Shown in pieces: positions 28,125-38,679 of a stretch of 64,000 bases of DNA. Numbering within the stretch: the first letter of the stretch is position 1; each line of letters opens with the position of its first letter. Source of the stretch: Treponema sp. (GTDB taxonomy: Bacteria > Spirochaetota > Spirochaetia > Treponematales > Treponemataceae). Below the pieces are notes generated by a model that was not told where the DNA came from, searched no databases, and saw only the letters and a list, made by a program, of their open reading frames with translations. The position numbers and the translations under genes are program-made. Where the stretch lies: positions 4,142 through 68,141 of the forward strand of contig JAKSTG010000015.1 in NCBI GenBank assembly GCA_024402695.1. Direction: 5' to 3'.

Positions 28125-29264
28125 ATGGTAAAGCTTGTTCTGGCCGGAGCCTGCAGCATTTATGACCTTTCTGGTATGAAAAAAGCCTTTGAAAAATCAG
28201 GCTTTCAGGTCTCTTTTGTTGATGCACCTTTTATGGCAGGCATAAAGATACATGAATATCCCGAAAAAGAAGAAATCCTCTATACAGCGGAAGTCTCAGA
28301 TGACTGTGTTGCGGTTCCTTTGTCGGAATACTGGATCTCTTTCTGTAAAAAGAAGGGATGTTGCAGGATTTCAGACAGGGCTTTGGAATCATCAAGGTCA
28401 AAACGCTATTTCTATGATTTTCTAAAGAAAAACGGCTTTGATTATCCGGCAGAGTATAAAAGGGTTGAAGACGCGGAAAAAACTCTTGATGAAGGAAAAC
28501 GGGTGATTGTAAAACCGGAAGGACTTCATTCTGGGTACGGCATTGAAATCCTTGATAAATCCGGAAAAGAAAAACTCAGGGAATATGTTTCCCAGGCGGA
28601 AAACATAAAGAACAGAACTCTCCGCCTTATGGAAATCGAAAATAAAGGGGCCATGCTTACAGAGGCCGTTGAAGGAACGGAATACAGTGCAGACTGCTTC
28701 TTTATTGAAGGCCGCATTTCTGTAGTCAGAATCTGCAGGAAGAAGATAATGGTGATCAACGACAAACCATGTGCGGCCGCTTATGTTCTTCTTTCGCCGG
28801 AAAATGAAGAATATAAAAGATTTGAAAAATATCTGATGGCTTGGACTTCTGCGATTTTTGATGCATCTGACATTTCTTTTGCGCAGTATGATTTTATTGT
28901 GTCAGAAGACGGTCGTGTAGTTCCCGTAGATTTTGCTTCCCGCGTAGGCGGTGGAATCAGTGACCTGCTTATGGAAACCGGAAAGAATCCTTATGCCCTG
29001 GCGGTGGAAGGGGAGAAGTTTCAGGTGGAAGAGGGCTGGACACAGTTTCATTATCTTCCCGTTGTTTCAGGATACATTACAAATGATGATTATCCTCTTC
29101 TTGAAGGAAGAAGTCATGTGTTCAAAAAGAAAGGCGGCTATGTCATTTCGAATCCTTCCAGTGTGGGAAGCCGGGTGGCAGTAACAGTCTGCCGTTATGA
29201 AAAGGAAATTGATGAAAATCTTCTTGAAAAGCTTCTTCTGGACAGAAGGTATATCGAGTCTTAA
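28125..29264 (+). CDS. ATP-grasp domain protein
   Basis: The 379-aa protein has the central motifs VIVKPEGLHSGYGIEI and ...EGTEYSADCF..., typical of the ATP-grasp fold. The substrate is unknown. Confidence 0.75.
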   Translation: MVKLVLAGACSIYDLSGMKKAFEKSGFQVSFVDAPFMAGIKIHEYPEKEEILYTAEVSDDCVAVPLSEYWISFCKKKGCCRISDRALESSRSKRYFYDFLKKNGFDYPAEYKRVEDAEKTLDEGKRVIVKPEGLHSGYGIEILDKSGKEKLREYVSQAENIKNRTLRLMEIENKGAMLTEAVEGTEYSADCFFIEGRISVVRICRKKIMVINDKPCAAAYVLLSPENEEYKRFEKYLMAWTSAIFDASDISFAQYDFIVSEDGRVVPVDFASRVGGGISDLLMETGKNPYALAVEGEKFQVEEGWTQFHYLPVVSGYITNDDYPLLEGRSHVFKKKGGYVISNPSSVGSRVAVTVCRYEKEIDENLLEKLLLDRRYIES

Positions 29265-29315
29265 CAAAGGGGATTTTTGAATTTATAATTAATTATTTAC
29301 AACTGAAGAGAACTT

Positions 29316-32300
29316 ATGATTTTACCGAACCCAAAGCGCACAAAATATATCCTGGATTTACTCGTAAATGAAAACTACGACTATGTATGGGTCGCAAGTT
29401 TATCCACATTTACTTATGAACTCCATACAAATGAAAGTGTTACTCCTCTTGCAATGCCTGAAACCGGGAACGCTCTGGATCTTCTGGATCTGATAAAGGA
29501 CAATTTCGTTGATGATGAATATAAAAGGGATTTTTCAAAGGCTTTCAGGGTCCGAAAACTGCTTCACATTTTGAAGACAAAAAAAGGATTTGAACTGGAT
29601 TTCCCTTTTAATGTGGGACTTACATATATTAAATGTTTTTATTACGACGAAAAGAATTCGGAAGTTATTCTGTGTGCAAAACAGTATGACGAAGATCAGT
29701 CTGATGCAGAGGAGGCTTCATCTGAAGCTCTTCTGGTAATGGAACTGGATCCAAGAAAACATTTTTCGATTAAGTCTGTAAATGAAAACGTTTCGAAAGT
29801 TTTTGGGGCATCTCTTCTGAAACTTTCCGATGGTTTTAAACATGACGCTTTTACAGGATATCATCCGGAAGACAGAATTATTGCAGAACAGCTTTTTTTG
29901 CAGAACGCAAGAGACGGTAAAGAGTTCTCAGGGGAATTCCGTGTTTGTGTCCGCCAGAATGTTTATCAGCTGCTTCATCTGGATGTTACGGTTAAGAAGT
30001 TCAAGCGTTCTTATTTTTATTATGTAACAATAACAAAAGCTCTTACCGACTCAGGAATTGAAAAAACACAGGTTGTAGATATTGATGATAATCCGCGCCG
30101 AAAGGTTCATTCTTTTGATATCGACGTTCCAACTCAGACTGCTCACCTTGGCCGCGAAATGTGCAGGTACTATAACACAGAAGCTGTAGTAGTAAAGTTC
30201 CCTGAAAGTTTTCTGAAGGATGGTCTTATTCATCCGGACGATGGTGAAAAGATCGAAAATGTTATCCGTGCCATTAGAGGCGGTTCACCTTTCGAAGAAA
30301 TAGATATCCGCGTAAAAAATTTAAGCGATGACAATTATGTATGGCGCAGTATCAGTCTGAATACAATTTTCGATGAAGACGGAAATCCTGCCCGTGCTCT
30401 TGGTTACTCGGAAGACATCAGTTTTTATAAAGATCAGGAAGAACGTTTCCATGAAGTTCTTGAAATCTGCGGATTTACAACCTGGGACCTTAATCTGGAA
30501 ACAAGAAAAATTGAGAACAGTACCCGTTTGAAGAAACTCTTCGGTCTTATGGATGAAAACCTGATCAATGCTCCTGAAAGTGTTATTGCTTCCGGTGCGA
30601 TCCATAGAGATGATATTGATGAAATCAGAAACATTCATAGAAAACTTCGTGAGGGAAGTCTTTCTGCAGAATGTGAATTCCGCGGCCGTAACTTGAACGG
30701 CGGAAATTTCAACTGGTATAAACTTCGTTATACAGTTGTAAATGACAAATACGGTAACCCACAGTATGCTGTTGGTTCCGCCACAGATATCAATGAACAG
30801 AAAGTTGCCGAACTTAGTTATGAATATGAAGCCAAGACTTTGTATGAAATGCAGGGTGATACACTGGTAGAAAAGTGTTGTATCAATGCGACCCGTAACG
30901 AAATCAAATCTTTCTACACAAAAGAAACTGGTGCAATAAGCATAGCAAGACAGTCCTATACTGATGTCCTGAAAATAATGATGACCTATGCAGTCAACGA
31001 AGATACTTCGAGGCTTTTGTGGAACAGACTTAATCCTGATAATCTGCTTAAGTCTTTTTCTCAGGGGAATAAAACTTTCTCTTTTGTTCACAGACGTCAG
31101 GAAAAAAGTTCAAATCTTCAGTGGGTTTCATCAAAAGTTAATATGTATCAGGACCCGAAGACTGGTGATATTATCTGCTTTATTTATACCTATGACATTA
31201 ACCGCAAGAAGTTAAGTCAGGAAGCGCTGGAACTTATAGGAACTTCGGACTTTGACTTTGTAGGAATTATTGATGTTATTGCTGGCAGTGCAATCATTCT
31301 TCATGATAATGACATTATGTCCCGTGTTCCGAACTGGGACTGTGGTGATTATGATGCTTACTTCGAACAGTATGCTGACCGTATGCATCCTTTCCTTGAT
31401 TCGGAAGATGATTATGTGGCCCTTCATGACAAAATAAAAATTTCTTCTCTTGTAAAAGAACTTACAGTCGCTCCAAGTTATGAGATTCTTGTAAAACATC
31501 ATAAAAGTCCTAACGGAGAAACAGTTGTTTTCCGTACAACTTTCCGTTATCTGGATACGGAACAGTCTTCAATCATTTTATGTATGTCGGACATTACTTC
31601 GGCCCTGGCAGAAGAACGCGAAAGAGAAAAGGTTTTGAAGAATGCACTGGAACAGGCAAATATTGCTTCCAAGGCAAAGACAGACTTCCTTGCCCGTATG
31701 AGCCACGACATCCGAACTCCTCTGAACGGAATTATGGGTATGACACAACTTGCCATGGAAGAAACTGACGTGGACCTTATTCATGAGTACCTGGAAAAAA
31801 TCGATACTTCCAGTCACTTCCTTCTGGGACTTTTGAATGACATTCTGGACATGAGCAGAATCGAAAAAGGTGTAATCAATCTGGAAGATGATATTTACAG
31901 CCTTAGCGAGTTCAGAGCAAGCCTTGAATCAATCATTGTTCCGCTCTGTAAAAATAAGGATATTACTCTTAATGTTCAGATTGAAGGGGATTATTCCTTT
32001 ATCACTGACAAACAGAAATTCAATCAGATATTCTTCAACCTGCTTTCAAACTCTGTAAAGTTTACAGAAATTGGCGGCACTATTGATGTAATTGCTGAAA
32101 ACATTCAGGTCAACGACGGCAGGTTTAATGCTGATTTCATTGTCCGTGATTATGGATGCGGTATGTCGGAAGAATTCCAGACAAGGATGTTCGAAGCCTT
32201 CAGTCAGGAAAGAAACTCTATGGTCAGTATGTCTGCCGGAACAGGACTCGGACTTGCAATTGTAAAATCTCTTGTTGAAAAAATGGGAGGAACAATTGAT

Positions 32301-32375
32301 GTTTGGAGTTCTACAAAGGCAGAAGATCACGGTACAAAGATGACCGTTCATTTTTCTCTGCCAGTTGGAGAGTAG
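29316..32375 (+). CDS. multi-PAS sensor histidine kinase (no receiver domain)
   Basis: The 1019-aa protein has several PAS/PAC-like modules, the H-box FLARMSHDIRTPLNGI, and the HATPase_c motifs DYGCGM and GTGLGLAIV. Confidence 0.9.
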   Translation: MILPNPKRTKYILDLLVNENYDYVWVASLSTFTYELHTNESVTPLAMPETGNALDLLDLIKDNFVDDEYKRDFSKAFRVRKLLHILKTKKGFELDFPFNVGLTYIKCFYYDEKNSEVILCAKQYDEDQSDAEEASSEALLVMELDPRKHFSIKSVNENVSKVFGASLLKLSDGFKHDAFTGYHPEDRIIAEQLFLQNARDGKEFSGEFRVCVRQNVYQLLHLDVTVKKFKRSYFYYVTITKALTDSGIEKTQVVDIDDNPRRKVHSFDIDVPTQTAHLGREMCRYYNTEAVVVKFPESFLKDGLIHPDDGEKIENVIRAIRGGSPFEEIDIRVKNLSDDNYVWRSISLNTIFDEDGNPARALGYSEDISFYKDQEERFHEVLEICGFTTWDLNLETRKIENSTRLKKLFGLMDENLINAPESVIASGAIHRDDIDEIRNIHRKLREGSLSAECEFRGRNLNGGNFNWYKLRYTVVNDKYGNPQYAVGSATDINEQKVAELSYEYEAKTLYEMQGDTLVEKCCINATRNEIKSFYTKETGAISIARQSYTDVLKIMMTYAVNEDTSRLLWNRLNPDNLLKSFSQGNKTFSFVHRRQEKSSNLQWVSSKVNMYQDPKTGDIICFIYTYDINRKKLSQEALELIGTSDFDFVGIIDVIAGSAIILHDNDIMSRVPNWDCGDYDAYFEQYADRMHPFLDSEDDYVALHDKIKISSLVKELTVAPSYEILVKHHKSPNGETVVFRTTFRYLDTEQSSIILCMSDITSALAEEREREKVLKNALEQANIASKAKTDFLARMSHDIRTPLNGIMGMTQLAMEETDVDLIHEYLEKIDTSSHFLLGLLNDILDMSRIEKGVINLEDDIYSLSEFRASLESIIVPLCKNKDITLNVQIEGDYSFITDKQKFNQIFFNLLSNSVKFTEIGGTIDVIAENIQVNDGRFNADFIVRDYGCGMSEEFQTRMFEAFSQERNSMVSMSAGTGLGLAIVKSLVEKMGGTIDVWSSTKAEDHGTKMTVHFSLPVGE

Positions 32376-32379
32376 GATC

Positions 32380-33786
32380 TTATTTCAGAATAGCGTAGAT
32401 TATGCTGTCTGCAACCCGTGTGAAAATATTTGCGCGGGTTACATTTCTGTCTGCAACTAAAGGAACAGAATCCAGAACAATTCCTTCCAGCACAAAACTT
32501 ACTTTTCCGTATTCAGTTCCTCTTACAATTTCCCCTTCAAGGAAGTCTGGAAATTCTGTAACGACTTCAACATTCTGAACTGATTCTTCAACAGAGTTTC
32601 CTGAAATAAAAGGAACTGTTACTGTTCCTGGATTGAATGCAGGTATCAGATTTACACCGATTTCTTTTCCTCCTTTTGAGCGGAGGAAATAAGGTTTTAC
32701 TCGGGTCATGTCCTTAAAATCTGCAAAGGAATAAAATGCCCAGTCCATAAGGGTTGTCCCATCCTTCTTGCGCCATTCGTTTCCTTCTCTTGGATTGTTT
32801 CCCGGACCTTTCATTGTTACAGAAAGAAAACGGGTCCCATGACGGCGGGCAGTAAGGGCCAGGTTGTAACCGCTTTCATCGATGTATCCGGTTTTGAGTC
32901 CGTCGCAGCCGTCCATTACGCCAAGAAGAGGATTTGTGTTTCTCTGGGTAATGGTCATGGTGATTGTTTCAGGAAGACCTTCTGAAAAATCCTGAGCTTT
33001 AACAGAATATCCATTTGTAAGATTTTTCTGTTTTGGATATGAGAAACTCTGAAGACCGTGGAAGTTTTCGAGACTGTCCGGATGCTGGTTTATGTAGACT
33101 GTTGAGAAAGCGGCCATTTCTCTTGCAGTGGTTCTGTTCAGTTCTGAATAGCCGGAGCTTTCCACAAAATGGGTGTTTGGGAGATTGTAGGTAAGGGCCA
33201 CATTGTTCATGGCTTTGACGAAATCCGGCATGTTTCCGAATAGGGTATATGCCAGCGCGTAGGCAGCATCATTGCCGGATGCGACCGAAAGGCCTGCAAG
33301 AAGTTCGGAAATTGTGAGTTTCTGATTTCTCCCCAGGAACATGAGAGATGAATGGGGCGGCATGTTGCAGGCCCAGCTTTCTTTTGGAGGAACGATTTCC
33401 GTGTCATAAGTGATTTCGCCTCTGCTTATGGCATCATCAACCACATACATGGAAAAAAGTTTTGTCATTGATGCTGGCGGAATTATTCTGTCAGCATTTT
33501 TTTCATAAAGAATGTTTCCGTTTGAAGTATCTACAAGAATCGCACTTTCACATCCCAGTTCCAGTTCTACAGGATTTACAGGATAAGGAAGAGGCTTGAG
33601 GATTTTGTTCCGGTCCTGGTAACGGGTTTCAAGAAAAGAATTGAGTTCAGTTTCCTGAACTTCAGAAAGAACCGCTGCGGAATCACATTTTGAAATCTCA
33701 ACAGCTCTGATTGCAAGAAGTGTTCCGAAACTCAGAACAATAAGTGCAGACACAGAAATCAGTACGACTTTCAGATTACGTTTCAT
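32380..33786 (-). CDS. D-alanyl-D-alanine carboxypeptidase (serine type, PBP5-like)
   Basis: Contains SxxK (ASMTKLF), SxN (ASGNDAA) and KTG (GLKTGYI), with an N-terminal TM anchor. Confidence 0.9.
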   Translation of the reverse strand: MKRNLKVVLISVSALIVLSFGTLLAIRAVEISKCDSAAVLSEVQETELNSFLETRYQDRNKILKPLPYPVNPVELELGCESAILVDTSNGNILYEKNADRIIPPASMTKLFSMYVVDDAISRGEITYDTEIVPPKESWACNMPPHSSLMFLGRNQKLTISELLAGLSVASGNDAAYALAYTLFGNMPDFVKAMNNVALTYNLPNTHFVESSGYSELNRTTAREMAAFSTVYINQHPDSLENFHGLQSFSYPKQKNLTNGYSVKAQDFSEGLPETITMTITQRNTNPLLGVMDGCDGLKTGYIDESGYNLALTARRHGTRFLSVTMKGPGNNPREGNEWRKKDGTTLMDWAFYSFADFKDMTRVKPYFLRSKGGKEIGVNLIPAFNPGTVTVPFISGNSVEESVQNVEVVTEFPDFLEGEIVRGTEYGKVSFVLEGIVLDSVPLVADRNVTRANIFTRVADSIIYAILK

Positions 33787-33823
33787 AAAGCAAATATTTC
33801 AGGTAGAGAAAAGGATTTATGTA

Positions 33824-34909
33824 TTAACTTAAAATTGCATCTGCAAGAACGAGAGCGGTCATGGCTTCTACAACCGGTACGATGCGTGGTGCAAGACATA
33901 CGTCGTGGCGGCCTTTGATTTCAAGGTCAACGTTTTTGTAGCCTTTGTCGGTTTTCATGACAGTTTCCTGTTTCTGGTAAATGCTTGGAACCGGTTTTAC
34001 GGCAAGGCGGAAAATGATGTCGTTGCCGTTTGAAATGCCGCCAAGAATACCGCCTGCATTGTTTGATGTGAATTCAACGCCGTAACCATTGTCGCTGGAG
34101 CGCATAGGGTCATTGTTCATGCTTCCTGTCATGTCTGCTGCGTCGAAGCCGCTTCCGAATTCAATGCCTTTTATGGCACCAATTGAAAGCATGGCGTGAG
34201 CCAGCATGGCATCCAGTTTGTCGAATACAGGTTCACCTAATCCTGCAGGGACTCCAGAAACAACACATTCAATGACTGCTCCTGCGCTGTCTCCCTGACT
34301 TCTGATTTCTTCGATGCGTTCCTGCATGGCTTTTGCGGCCTCATTGTCAGGAGCGCGGAGAGGGTTCTGTTCGATTTCGTCAAAGTTGCGTTTCCGTGCA
34401 CTGATGCCTGCAGCTTTGATTGTGTATGCAGTGATTTTGATTCCAGCATTTTCTGTAATGACCTGTGCGATGGCACCGGCTGCAACACGGGCGGCAGTTT
34501 CGCGACCGGAAGAACGTCCGCCTCCGCGGAAATCGCGGAAGTCGAATTTCTGGTCGAAAGTATAGTCGGCGTGACCTGGTCTGTAAGTGTATTCCAGGTT
34601 ACCGTAATCTTTTGAATGTTGAGAAGTGTTGCGGATCATCATGGCAATTGGAGTGCCTAAAGAAAGTCCGTCCTTCACTCCGGAAAGAATTTCAACCTGG
34701 TCTGCTTCTTTGCGTTCTGTAACACATGCATTCCCTTTTTCGCCCTGGTTATGATTTCCCGGGCGACGACGGTCCAGTGCTGCCTGAATTTTTTCAATGT
34801 CGATGTTCAGTTTTGATGGGCATCCGTCAACAATGCATCCAAGGGCATTTCCGTGACTTTCGCCGAAAGTTGTTACTGTGAAATTATTTCCGAAAGTGTT
34901 TTTGCTCAT
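33824..34909 (-). CDS. aroC: chorismate synthase
   Basis: Contains FGESHG, GGGRSSGRETAARV, and a C-terminal RHDVCLAPR-type motif. Confidence 0.96.
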   Translation of the reverse strand: MSKNTFGNNFTVTTFGESHGNALGCIVDGCPSKLNIDIEKIQAALDRRRPGNHNQGEKGNACVTERKEADQVEILSGVKDGLSLGTPIAMMIRNTSQHSKDYGNLEYTYRPGHADYTFDQKFDFRDFRGGGRSSGRETAARVAAGAIAQVITENAGIKITAYTIKAAGISARKRNFDEIEQNPLRAPDNEAAKAMQERIEEIRSQGDSAGAVIECVVSGVPAGLGEPVFDKLDAMLAHAMLSIGAIKGIEFGSGFDAADMTGSMNNDPMRSSDNGYGVEFTSNNAGGILGGISNGNDIIFRLAVKPVPSIYQKQETVMKTDKGYKNVDLEIKGRHDVCLAPRIVPVVEAMTALVLADAILS

Positions 34910-34966
34910 AGAATCATTTTAATTTTTTTTAGAGAAAAATAAAAGTGTGTTCAAAAAGTAAAAAAA

Positions 34967-36031
34967 TCAGTTGTCTGAGAAAACGGTCTGATTTTTTCCG
35001 TTCCGTTTCCCCCAATAAAGTCTGTTGTCTGCTTTGTCGATGAGTTCATGTACAGGCACATCTTTTTCCGAGAAAGCAATACCGGCTGTAACTTCAATGT
35101 GAAATTGAATGTTTTTGTCCGGGTAAGAAAATGTCAGTTCCGAAATGGAATTACGGAGTATATTGATTTTAGAGATGAAGTTTTCTCTGTAGTCGCCGTA
35201 TTGATCCAGTACAAGGAATTCCTCACCGCCCCAGCGGCAAAATACGGTTTTGTCTGTTTCCAATGATTGCAGAATGCGGCCAATCTGGGCAAGAACATCA
35301 TCCCCGATTGAGTGACCGTATGTATCGTTTATGCTTTTAAAATCATCTATGTCAAATATGCAGATAGCGAAATTTTGTGAGCGGACTTTGTACGCATTGT
35401 ATACATCGTCAAAACGAACCTTTATGGCATGGCGGTTTAGAATCTGGGTAAGGTCATCCAGGTCTGCATATCTTCTGAGTTTCCTGTTGTTACTTCTGTA
35501 GTCAGCATTGAACATTCCTGCAAGAACAATTGCTATTCCGAAGATAACAATTGCATTTCCCTGTGCAATGATTTCCAGGTGCCAGGGGGCGAACTCTTTC
35601 AGTGGAGCTGCGAAGTGCTGGCGAAGAAATAAAAGGATATAAATAAAAATTGAAATGATATGAGTCAGTTTGTAATGTATGCGGGCTTTTTCTTTATCTT
35701 TTTCATAAACATAAAGAAAAGATGACGGGAAAATGATGAAACAGTAGTTTTGAAAACCGGCATTCCAGCCCAAATAAAAAGAAGCAATTGTTGCCTGTAT
35801 TAAAAGATGGACGACAAAGGCAAAAACCATTGAAAAAATAATGTCCTCATCCTTCTTTTTTACCCAGATAATATAGATTGTGGCGAAAAATAAAATGGCA
35901 ATTATACACTGACATAAAAGCGGCAAGTCAAAAGGTAAAAATAAGGCAAGACAAAGAAGCATTAAGTTTGCAGCCAAACCGATGATGATGAGGTTAATAA
36001 AAAAGAGAGATTTTGAAGATCTTTGATGCAT
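34967..36031 (-). CDS. membrane-anchored diguanylate cyclase (GGDEF)
   Basis: About 5 to 6 TM helices followed by a GGDEF domain with active-site RWGGEEF. Confidence 0.9.
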   Translation of the reverse strand: MHQRSSKSLFFINLIIIGLAANLMLLCLALFLPFDLPLLCQCIIAILFFATIYIIWVKKKDEDIIFSMVFAFVVHLLIQATIASFYLGWNAGFQNYCFIIFPSSFLYVYEKDKEKARIHYKLTHIISIFIYILLFLRQHFAAPLKEFAPWHLEIIAQGNAIVIFGIAIVLAGMFNADYRSNNRKLRRYADLDDLTQILNRHAIKVRFDDVYNAYKVRSQNFAICIFDIDDFKSINDTYGHSIGDDVLAQIGRILQSLETDKTVFCRWGGEEFLVLDQYGDYRENFISKINILRNSISELTFSYPDKNIQFHIEVTAGIAFSEKDVPVHELIDKADNRLYWGKRNGKNQTVFSDN

Positions 36032-36102
36032 AAGTATATTTTACGTCTGTTTTTTTTATATCACAAGTTTTCTATAAAAAAGATTTTCTTTATAATGCTG
36101 CT

Positions 36103-36564
36103 ATGCTTTTATCTTTAGAAATGATATTTCTTGTAGGGCTTTCCATGGCCGCAATCTGCGCCAGGATAAGGTTTCCCCGCATTATAGGAATGCTTGCAAC
36201 AGGAATAGTTCTTGGTCCTTTTGTTCTTGATTTTCTTGATCCTGCAATTCTTGGTATTTCAGCAGAACTCAGAAAAATGGCACTGGTGATTATTCTTATA
36301 AAGGCAGGCCTTTCTCTAAACGTCTCGGATCTTAAAAAAGTGGGACGGCCTGCTCTGCTCATGTCTTTTCTTCCTGCAAGTTTTGAAATCTTTGGTTTTT
36401 CTCTTTTTGGCCCACGCATTCTTGGAGTTTCGTTAACTGAAGCTCTTATAATGGGTGCCGTTCTTGCTGCAGTAACTGCTATTGTTATTACTGCACCATT
36501 GGGCGCTTTTGGCATGGATCTGACTTACCGTCATTTACTTCTGCAGGAAGTGGAAGAAAACTGA
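36103..36564 (+). pseudogene. internally deleted cation:proton antiporter remnant
   Basis: The 153 aa begin like a CPA-family Na+/H+ exchanger (GMLATGIVLGPF...LRKMALVIILIKAGL). The sequence then jumps from GAVLAAV straight into a C-terminal-type tail, TAIVITAPLGAFGMD. Intact family members are about 400 aa with 10 or more TM helices. Confidence 0.45.
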
Positions 36565-36585
36565 TTTATTCTTTATCATAAAACC

Positions 36586-37692
36586 ATGCAGGAAAATTCG
36601 GAGTTTCTTACATCCCAGATAATCACCTATATCGGCAACAAGCGTATTCTCATAAGTAATATCGAAAACGAGATTTTTAAGATCGAAAAGGAATTGAAAA
36701 AAGATCGTCTTATTTGTGCCGATTTATTTTCAGGCTCCGGTATTGTTTCCCGCATGCTTAAGAGCCATTCCTCTGTGCTTTTTGCCAACGATCTGGAGAA
36801 TTATTCCCGTGTACTTAATGACTGTTATCTGACAAATAAATCAGATTTTGATGAAAAGCTTTATGACAGTCTTCACAAAAAGATTCTTGAAGAGACAGAA
36901 AAATCTCCGGTTCATGGAATTATTACCGAAAACTATGCACCGGCTCAAACAGATAATATTCAGAAAGGGGAAAGGGCTTTCTATACTCATGAAAATGCCC
37001 TGAAAATAGATTCTTTCCGCAAGTATATAGAAGAATATGTTCCTGCCGAAATGCAGAAGTTTTTTCTTGCACCTCTCCTTACAGAGGCCTCCATTCATGT
37101 AAATACAAGCGGAGTTTTCAAAGGCTTTTATAAAAATCCGGCAACAAAAACAGGATGTTTCGGCGGAGCGGCAAAAAATGCACTTTCAAGAATCTGCGGC
37201 GAAATAGAATTAAAGAAACCTGTTCTGAGTAATTTTGATTCGAAAGTTACTTTGTTTCAAAAAGATGCGGTCGAACTGGCCGCCGAATTGAAAGGTCTTG
37301 ATGTTGCATATCTTGATCCTCCTTATAATCAGCATCCTTACGGTTCAAATTATTTCATGCTGAATCTTATTCTGGACAATAAAATACCTGAAGATATCAA
37401 GGTTTCAAAAGTCAGCGGAATTCCTTCAAACTGGAACCGCAGTGCCTTCAATAAAAAACAGGCAGCTCTGGAATCCATGGAAAAAATCATCAGTTCCCTG
37501 GATTCGAAATACACTGTCATCTCCTATAACTCGGAAGGGTTCATTTCTTTTGATGATATGGAAGCGATGCTCGGAAAATATGGAGAGGTCCGTACAGTGG
37601 GCATTCCGTACAATACTTTCCGTGGAAGTCGCAATCTTTCTGGCCGCGATATTCATGTGACAGAGTATCTTTTCATTCTGAAGAAAAAATAA
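36586..37692 (+). CDS. N6-adenine DNA methyltransferase (D12/Dam-like class), no adjacent restriction gene
   Basis: YIGNKR at the N-terminus, SAM motif ADLFSGSGIVS, and catalytic DPPY (AYLDPPYNQHPY). Confidence 0.85.
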   Translation: MQENSEFLTSQIITYIGNKRILISNIENEIFKIEKELKKDRLICADLFSGSGIVSRMLKSHSSVLFANDLENYSRVLNDCYLTNKSDFDEKLYDSLHKKILEETEKSPVHGIITENYAPAQTDNIQKGERAFYTHENALKIDSFRKYIEEYVPAEMQKFFLAPLLTEASIHVNTSGVFKGFYKNPATKTGCFGGAAKNALSRICGEIELKKPVLSNFDSKVTLFQKDAVELAAELKGLDVAYLDPPYNQHPYGSNYFMLNLILDNKIPEDIKVSKVSGIPSNWNRSAFNKKQAALESMEKIISSLDSKYTVISYNSEGFISFDDMEAMLGKYGEVRTVGIPYNTFRGSRNLSGRDIHVTEYLFILKKK

Positions 37693-37715
37693 CCGCATTC
37701 TGATAGACTGTAATT

Positions 37716-38642
37716 ATGATTATTCTTGAAACAATTATCCCGGTTTTCGTATTGATTTTTCTGGGATTCATTTTGAAACGTTCAGGTCTTTTGAAGGACG
37801 AAGGCATCGCTGTAATCAAAAAACTTTGCTGCAATGTATTTCTTCCTGTAATGGCTTTTGACTGTCTTATTCACGGAAGCTATTCTAGAGATTCTCTGCT
37901 TCTTATTGGACTTGAGCTTTTCATGCTTTTTGCCGCTTTCGGAATTGGATTTCTTTTCAAGCCCTTATTTGATGAAAAGGTTCGCGGTTATGTTCCTTAT
38001 GCCATGACTACTTATGAAGGCGGACTTTTCGGCTGGGCCCTTATTACCATTGCTGTAGGTAAAGAAAATCTTTTCTATATTGTCAGCATGGATATTTTCT
38101 CGGGAGTCTTTGTGTTTACCATCATGGCAACTGGACTGAAGATGCTTTCCGGCCAGCAGATGACAAAAAAAGAAATCATCAAATCGATCTGTCTGAATCC
38201 TGTAAACATTTCTGTTGTGCTGGGATTTTTGGGAGCAGCTTTCGGATTGGGCGATTTAATAGACAAATCTAACTTCAGCAGTGTTTATACAAAGCTCACA
38301 GATTTCTTTATTCAGCCAATGTCACCGATGATTTTGCTTTGCATCGGTTCAGGACTTGTCTTTGACTGGGCAGTTCTTAAGAAAGGATTAAAACTTGCAG
38401 GTCTCCGTTACGGACTTCAGGTTGTGCTTTGTGTTATTGTCCTTTTTGTTATTTACAAAACAATCGGTTTGAACCCGGTTCTTAAAAAATCTCTTCTGAT
38501 TTATTTCTTTGTTCCTACATCCTTCCTGCTTTCCATGTATGCAGAAGAAAAGGAATCAGTTGAGTTTACGTCGTCAGTATTGTCACTTGAAATCCTTATT
38601 TCACTGATTATTTATACTATTATTACTATTTTTGTTGCATAG
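37716..38642 (+). CDS. AEC-family (auxin efflux carrier-like) membrane transporter
   Basis: The 308-aa protein has about 10 TM helices and starts MIILETIIPVFVLIFLGF, typical of this family. The TAG stop (38640-38642) overlaps the first REP copy. Confidence 0.8.
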   Translation: MIILETIIPVFVLIFLGFILKRSGLLKDEGIAVIKKLCCNVFLPVMAFDCLIHGSYSRDSLLLIGLELFMLFAAFGIGFLFKPLFDEKVRGYVPYAMTTYEGGLFGWALITIAVGKENLFYIVSMDIFSGVFVFTIMATGLKMLSGQQMTKKEIIKSICLNPVNISVVLGFLGAAFGLGDLIDKSNFSSVYTKLTDFFIQPMSPMILLCIGSGLVFDWAVLKKGLKLAGLRYGLQVVLCVIVLFVIYKTIGLNPVLKKSLLIYFFVPTSFLLSMYAEEKESVEFTSSVLSLEILISLIIYTIITIFVA

Positions 38643-38679
38643 GGGTCTGTCCCCTCTGCACAGGGGTCTGTCCCCTATG
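38641..38679. repeat. REP-like cluster 2 (2 tandem copies, R orientation)
   Basis: 38641-38658 is AGGGGTCTGTCCCCTCTG. 38662-38679 is AGGGGTCTGTCCCCTATG. The period is 21 bp. Confidence 0.9.

Noticed and set aside
30321-31091. Long antisense ORFs inside confirmed genes: 256 aa at 30321-31091(-), 174 aa at 14951-15475(-), 176 aa at 44214-44744(-), 141 aa at 36090-36515(-) and 107 aa at 217-540(+).
   Set aside because: Each lies entirely opposite a gene with strong family motifs. Their products are low-complexity or Cys/Phe-rich, and none has start-site signals. These are typical shadow ORFs.
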